Shown: positions 6,810 through 10,318 of the stretch, piece after piece | Position numbering within the stretch: the first letter of the stretch is position 1 | Layout: each line of letters begins with the position of its first letter | NCBI GenBank assembly: GCA_030649735.1 | Contig: JAUSFL010000011.1 | Coordinates: forward strand, 1 to 10,318 | Length of the DNA stretch: 10,318 nt | Source: Candidatus Iainarchaeum sp. | GTDB taxonomy: Archaea; Iainarchaeota; Iainarchaeia; Iainarchaeales; UBA10191 | Reading direction: 5' to 3' | The notes under the pieces: model-generated | The model's database searches: none | What the model was told of the DNA's origin: nothing | Seen by the model: the letters and a program-made list of their open reading frames with translations, nothing else | Program-made: the position numbers and the translations under genes

Positions 6810-7556
6810 TCAAATTTTTTGCCTTAATTCGAAAGAATGCCTCGCCTTCACCATGCTGAACTTGAGCATGTAAAGCTGTGTTTTCAATGTTTCAATGAAA
6901 GGAACCACAAAAAGCAGCACTATCACTATTGAAACTAATGATCCAATGTAGTTGAAAGCGTCAAAGTAAAGCTCGATTAATGGAACAACCAAGAGCAGCA
7001 CTGCGGAAACAACAATTACTAGAATGAATGCCGGAAAGTTTGAGAAAATGAATTCAAAATTATAGTACAGCGCTTTCATCAGCCCTCTTTCGTCAACTAC
7101 TATTGACTGCGGCACGAAAAGCAGGAATACTGTAATCAAAAGAAAAAGCAGGTTTATTGCAAAAGCATTGACTCCAGCGCCAATCAAAACAACGCCCAAT
7201 AATGAAAGCCCAACAACCAGGATCAAATAGAATGTGAAAAGCCTTAACGCGAATTTTTCAAGCATTTCCTGCAGGTAAAAGCGCATTCTAACATGGCTCA
7301 TTTCAGAACGCACTGAAAAAGCAATTATTGAAGAAAATGCCGAGTATAAAGCGAGGAAAATCACCAAAAGCACTGCCTCTGCAACAATCATCAAAGGCCC
7401 TTGGCTTGAAAGATTGTAGTCAAAAAACAGGCTTCCTGACGAAGCGAACACATTGCTCAATTGGATGAACAATGCCACGAAAACCAGCAGGGTTCCGAAA
7501 ATCACGGCGGCCTTGGAATTTGCCAGATATAATTGCAGAGTTTTATTCAAAAACAA
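6810..7556 (-). CDS. Multi-pass membrane protein of unknown function (about 6 TM helices)
   Basis: 248-aa ORF with six long hydrophobic segments. The pattern LFVPQSIVVDERGLMKAL..NF.FI..NF resembles the loop seen in DUF975/GPDPase-membrane-domain-like proteins (family assignment tentative). The TTG start is preceded by GGTTGAT, with a TTTAAA box at 7591-7596. Confidence 0.8.
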   Translation of the reverse strand: MFLNKTLQLYLANSKAAVIFGTLLVFVALFIQLSNVFASSGSLFFDYNLSSQGPLMIVAEAVLLVIFLALYSAFSSIIAFSVRSEMSHVRMRFYLQEMLEKFALRLFTFYLILVVGLSLLGVVLIGAGVNAFAINLLFLLITVFLLFVPQSIVVDERGLMKALYYNFEFIFSNFPAFILVIVVSAVLLLVVPLIELYFDAFNYIGSLVSIVIVLLFVVPFIETLKTQLYMLKFSMVKARHSFELRQKI

Positions 7557-7602
7557 AAAACATCAACCATTCTATCTAGAAGCCCGAAACTTTAAAAAAG
7601 CA

Positions 7603-8862
7603 TTATTTAATTTTGGAGATTTTTCCCCTCAAAAAGCTTTTTTCGGCCTTTTCCACCCTCACTTTCACAAATTCGCCAATTTTTGCATTTTCCAGAACAA
7701 TTGGCTTGTAGTTTGAAGAGCGCGCAATAAAATTGCCTTTCTTTCCGATTTCATCAATCAATGCAATTGTTTCCTTTCCAAGCATTCTCTTGTTCTCCTC
7801 TAGCGAAAGTCGGTTGTAAAATTCAGTGGCTTTAATGCTCCGTTGCTTTTTCACTTGGGTTGAAACTTCCTTCATTTTTGCCGCCGTGGTGAACGGCCTT
7901 TTTCCATAGCGTGAAATGTTCATCACGTCAACTTTTGCCTTTTCCAAGGCCTTTAGTGTTTCTTCAAACTCTTTTTCAGTCTCTGTCGGAAATCCGACAA
8001 TAATGTCTGTTGCAATCGTGATTTCTGGAATTTCTTTCCTTGCATTTTGCACTGTCGAAAGCCATTCTTTGACAGAGTACTGCCTGTTCATTAATTCCAG
8101 GATTCTGTCGTTTCCAGACTGCAAAGGCAGGTGCAAAAAATTGAACACTCTTTCATTTTTCATTTGCTTCAATAATTCTGGAAGAAACTTTTGCAAATGC
8201 TGCGCGTTTGCCATTCCAACCCGAATCCTGTAATTTCCTTTCGTTTTTAGCAATTCTTCCAGCAATTCCGCAAGGTTTGTTCCTAAATCAAAGCCATAGC
8301 ACCCACAGTCCTGCGCTGTAAGCCAAACTTCTTTTTTTCCATTCTTGATTTCCTTTTCAAACGCTTTTTTCAATTCTTGAATTGAATAGCTTTTCAAATT
8401 CCCTCGCGCGTGCTTTACGGCGCAGTAAGAGCAATTGCCAAGGCAGCCCCTGCAGATTGGAATGATTGAAATTATTCCCTCTTCGCTTGCAGCCGGCTTT
8501 GATGGGGAGAATTCTTGCTTTCCAATGCTTAAGAATTCGCTTAATGACTCTAAAGCTGGAGGCAGCCGCACAATGCTTTCAGAAATCCTTGAAATTTTTC
8601 CAGAGCTGATTTTTGCAAGGCAGCCGAAAACAATCAATTGAAAGCCCTGCTTTTTTGAAGCGGCATACAATTTTTCAATTCGCGACAGCATTCTTTTCTC
8701 TGTTGTCTCTTTCACTGCGCAGGCATTGATTATTGCAATGCCTTTTCTTCCGAGCTTTTCAAGGCCGGTTTTTTGAAAGCCTTGCTCTTCAAGCATTGCC
8801 TCAATGGCTTGCGTGTCTGCCTTGTTTAATGAGCAACCGTAGCCTTCAATGTGAAACTTCAT
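7603..8862 (-). CDS. mtaB: Archaeal MiaB-like radical SAM tRNA methylthiotransferase (t6A37 C2-methylthiotransferase, MtaB/CDKAL1-like)
   Basis: UPF0004 domain with three Cys (YGCSLNKAD, NACAVK, FGCLAK), radical SAM motif CLGNCSYC, FLHLPLQSGND, TDIIVGFPTETE, and a C-terminal TRAM domain. EVWLTAQDCGCYG and RIRVGMAN match the archaeal/eukaryotic MtaB-type branch. Confidence 0.9.
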   Translation of the reverse strand: MKFHIEGYGCSLNKADTQAIEAMLEEQGFQKTGLEKLGRKGIAIINACAVKETTEKRMLSRIEKLYAASKKQGFQLIVFGCLAKISSGKISRISESIVRLPPALESLSEFLSIGKQEFSPSKPAASEEGIISIIPICRGCLGNCSYCAVKHARGNLKSYSIQELKKAFEKEIKNGKKEVWLTAQDCGCYGFDLGTNLAELLEELLKTKGNYRIRVGMANAQHLQKFLPELLKQMKNERVFNFLHLPLQSGNDRILELMNRQYSVKEWLSTVQNARKEIPEITIATDIIVGFPTETEKEFEETLKALEKAKVDVMNISRYGKRPFTTAAKMKEVSTQVKKQRSIKATEFYNRLSLEENKRMLGKETIALIDEIGKKGNFIARSSNYKPIVLENAKIGEFVKVRVEKAEKSFLRGKISKIK

Positions 8863-8884
8863 AAATTAGATGTTTGGTTGCAAC

Positions 8885-8894
8885 ATTATATAAT
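8885..8894 (-). promoter_or_regulatory. TATA box (ATTATATAAT) for a probably leaderless mtaB transcript
   Basis: TTATATAA lies 24-31 nt upstream of the ATG at 8862, and no Shine-Dalgarno motif is present. Confidence 0.6.
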
Positions 8895-8932
8895 CCTGAT
8901 TTTCATACAAATTGAATTTATCTTAGAATTAA

Positions 8933-9364
8933 TTAGTTGTAAGGAATTACTTGATCATGAAAACTATCGAAAACATAGAATTTTTTATAAATTGTTTCTC
9001 CATTGGCGTCTTTTCGCTCAATCCAAAACCCATAATCACCAGACGAGTTTCCAATTCCTTTGCCAGCGTAAATTTCAGAATAAGATAGTGTAGAATTTTG
9101 GTATTTAACGCACTTAAATTCTATTTGGTCAACTGCGAGTTTTTCCAAAAGTTCTCTTTTTATTCCGTTGATTTCCGGGTCTGATGTCTGGATACATGAA
9201 TTTTGCCCATTAATTTGGCAATAAAGCCCAGTAGTGTTCAAACCATTACAGTCTGAGTATTGGACATTCTGTCCTTGTTGTTGTGTGCACCCAAACAACA
9301 AAAAGATTGCACTAATCAAAACAATAAATAAAAGTCGAGTTGAGGAATTCTTGAACTCACGCAT
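8933..9364 (-). CDS. Putative surface lipoprotein of unknown function
   Basis: Basic N-terminus, hydrophobic stretch and lipobox LFG-C, followed by a Gln-rich linker, four more Cys and N-x-S/T sequons. The start is ATG 9364 or the in-frame GTG 9376. Confidence 0.75.
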   Translation of the reverse strand: MREFKNSSTRLLFIVLISAIFLLFGCTQQQGQNVQYSDCNGLNTTGLYCQINGQNSCIQTSDPEINGIKRELLEKLAVDQIEFKCVKYQNSTLSYSEIYAGKGIGNSSGDYGFWIERKDANGETIYKKFYVFDSFHDQVIPYN

Positions 9365-9383
9365 ATTTCGTGTCACACAATAA

Positions 9384-10172
9384 TTAGAATAGTTTTTCTA
9401 TCCTGTTATAAATTTGGGTATAAATTACTAAAAAGAGTATTATTCCCAAAATTTCAACAATCGTGTCGCCTAGAATTGAACTTTTTAATGCCAAATACAA
9501 TACAAGCGCAATGACTATTGCAATTATGGCACTTATTATTATTGAAATCAGCTCTTTTGCAAACTCTTTTCCTTCATGGTTCTTGAAGTTAATCAGCAAG
9601 AACGCCCCAATTCCAAAAATTATTGCGATTATGAAAATCAGGTAAGGTGAGGCCTTCAATTGGTCAACGAACATTCCGCCGGCCAGGCAGTTTGAAACTC
9701 CAAAAGAGTCAAAGAACGCATTTCGTTTTGAATTTCCTTCCAACGCATTGATTTTGCATGCTTGGGAAAACTGCAGTTCTTGCCCGTCAATGTACTGCTG
9801 ATTGCTCCTTAATTCAAGCGAGACATTATTTTGCATGTAGAATGAAATTGCAACAAACCATGCAAGAAGCCCTAAAATAATTACTATGATTAAAAATTGC
9901 AGAGTTCTTGTCTGCTTATTTTTTGGGTGAAAGAATTTCCAATATCCTGCATAGTCTTGTCCGTCTTTCAATTCAAAATAATCTTCAATCCAGCCAACCG
10001 CAAAGTAAGCGAAAAAGAATCCTACAATTGGAATCAGGTAAAATGTCGGGTTGTTTGCCCAGGCGGAAATAATGCTGTTTCCTGAAAGAAGCGCCTGCGC
10101 TGCAAAAAGCGCAATGTAAGTTATTGCAAAAGCGATTGCGACTTTCTGCCATTCCTTCAATTCCACACCCAT
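9384..10172 (-). CDS. Multi-pass membrane protein of unknown function (about 6 TM helices with a central soluble loop)
   Basis: Long ORF with hydrophobic segments. Start reassigned from TTG 10217 to ATG 10172 (MGVELKEWQK...; 262 aa), because a TATA box sits 24-30 nt upstream of this ATG. Confidence 0.8.
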   Translation of the reverse strand: MGVELKEWQKVAIAFAITYIALFAAQALLSGNSIISAWANNPTFYLIPIVGFFFAYFAVGWIEDYFELKDGQDYAGYWKFFHPKNKQTRTLQFLIIVIILGLLAWFVAISFYMQNNVSLELRSNQQYIDGQELQFSQACKINALEGNSKRNAFFDSFGVSNCLAGGMFVDQLKASPYLIFIIAIIFGIGAFLLINFKNHEGKEFAKELISIIISAIIAIVIALVLYLALKSSILGDTIVEILGIILFLVIYTQIYNRIEKLF

Positions 10173-10195
10173 ACTTAAAACTTTCAAAAATCCAA

Positions 10196-10202
10196 TTTTA
10201 AA
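10196..10202. promoter_or_regulatory. Putative TATA box (TTTAAA palindrome) between divergent genes
   Basis: TTTTAAA in the 65-bp gap between ATG 10172 (-) and ATG 10238 (+). Confidence 0.5.
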
Positions 10203-10237
10203 CCTTTGTTTGAACAACTCTAATTACGGGTATTCTA

Positions 10238-10318
10238 ATGTCTGAGAAGGAATCTAATGGTCCAATGGAGCTTCCATGGGTTGAAAAGTACAGGCCTGAA
10301 AGGCTTGCTGATGTTGTA
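10238..10318 (+). CDS. rfcS: Replication factor C subunit, most likely the small subunit (5' end only; continues beyond the window)
   Basis: Translation MSEKESNGPMELPWVEKYRPERLADVV contains RFC box II (PWVEKYRP..L.DVV). The start could also be the second Met. The large subunit cannot be fully excluded from 27 codons. Confidence 0.85.
   Translation, partial: MSEKESNGPMELPWVEKYRPERLADVV

Noticed and set aside
7554-7563. Out-of-frame ATG at 7563 before a T-run, suggesting a frameshift or phase variation
   Set aside because: The run is short and the in-frame TTG at 7556 has an SD-like motif at suitable spacing. A one-base homopolymer error cannot be excluded but would add only two residues.
2407-10085. 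All remaining plus-strand ORFs in the track between 2407 and 10085
   Set aside because: They lie almost entirely antisense to well-supported minus-strand genes and have no recognisable motifs.
10173-10217. 15-codon N-terminal extension of the 277-aa ORF from TTG 10217
   Set aside because: It would run through the candidate divergent promoter and leave only 20 bp to rfcS. ATG 10172 fits better.

Overview
An archaeal housekeeping region, most likely from a DPANN archaeon (Diapherotrites/Iainarchaeota-like is an inference from gene content and style, not from a search). Nine genes lie on the minus strand. In coordinate order they are: a CDC48/VCP-type double-ring AAA+ ATPase (missing from the ORF track because it runs off the left edge; it carries a 96-aa insertion in D1); an N-terminally truncated Rqc2/RqcH (NFACT) protein; a divergent Lrp/AsnC-like regulator; type IA DNA topoisomerase with a histone H1-like Lys/Ala tail; a canonical Lrp/AsnC regulator; a multi-pass membrane protein; an archaeal MiaB-like/MtaB tRNA methylthiotransferase; a lipobox lipoprotein; and another multi-pass membrane protein. 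The start of a replication factor C small subunit gene lies on the plus strand at the right edge. I saw no mobile element, CRISPR array, tRNA or rRNA. The most notable points are (i) the Lrp-like / truncated Rqc2 / Cdc48 cluster, a possible archaeal ribosome-quality-control module, (ii) a 237-bp intergenic region with pseudoknot-like interlocking stems and a possible decayed signal-peptide ORF, (iii) the Cdc48 insertion and (iv) the TopA basic tail. All of these are hypotheses that need comparative checks.
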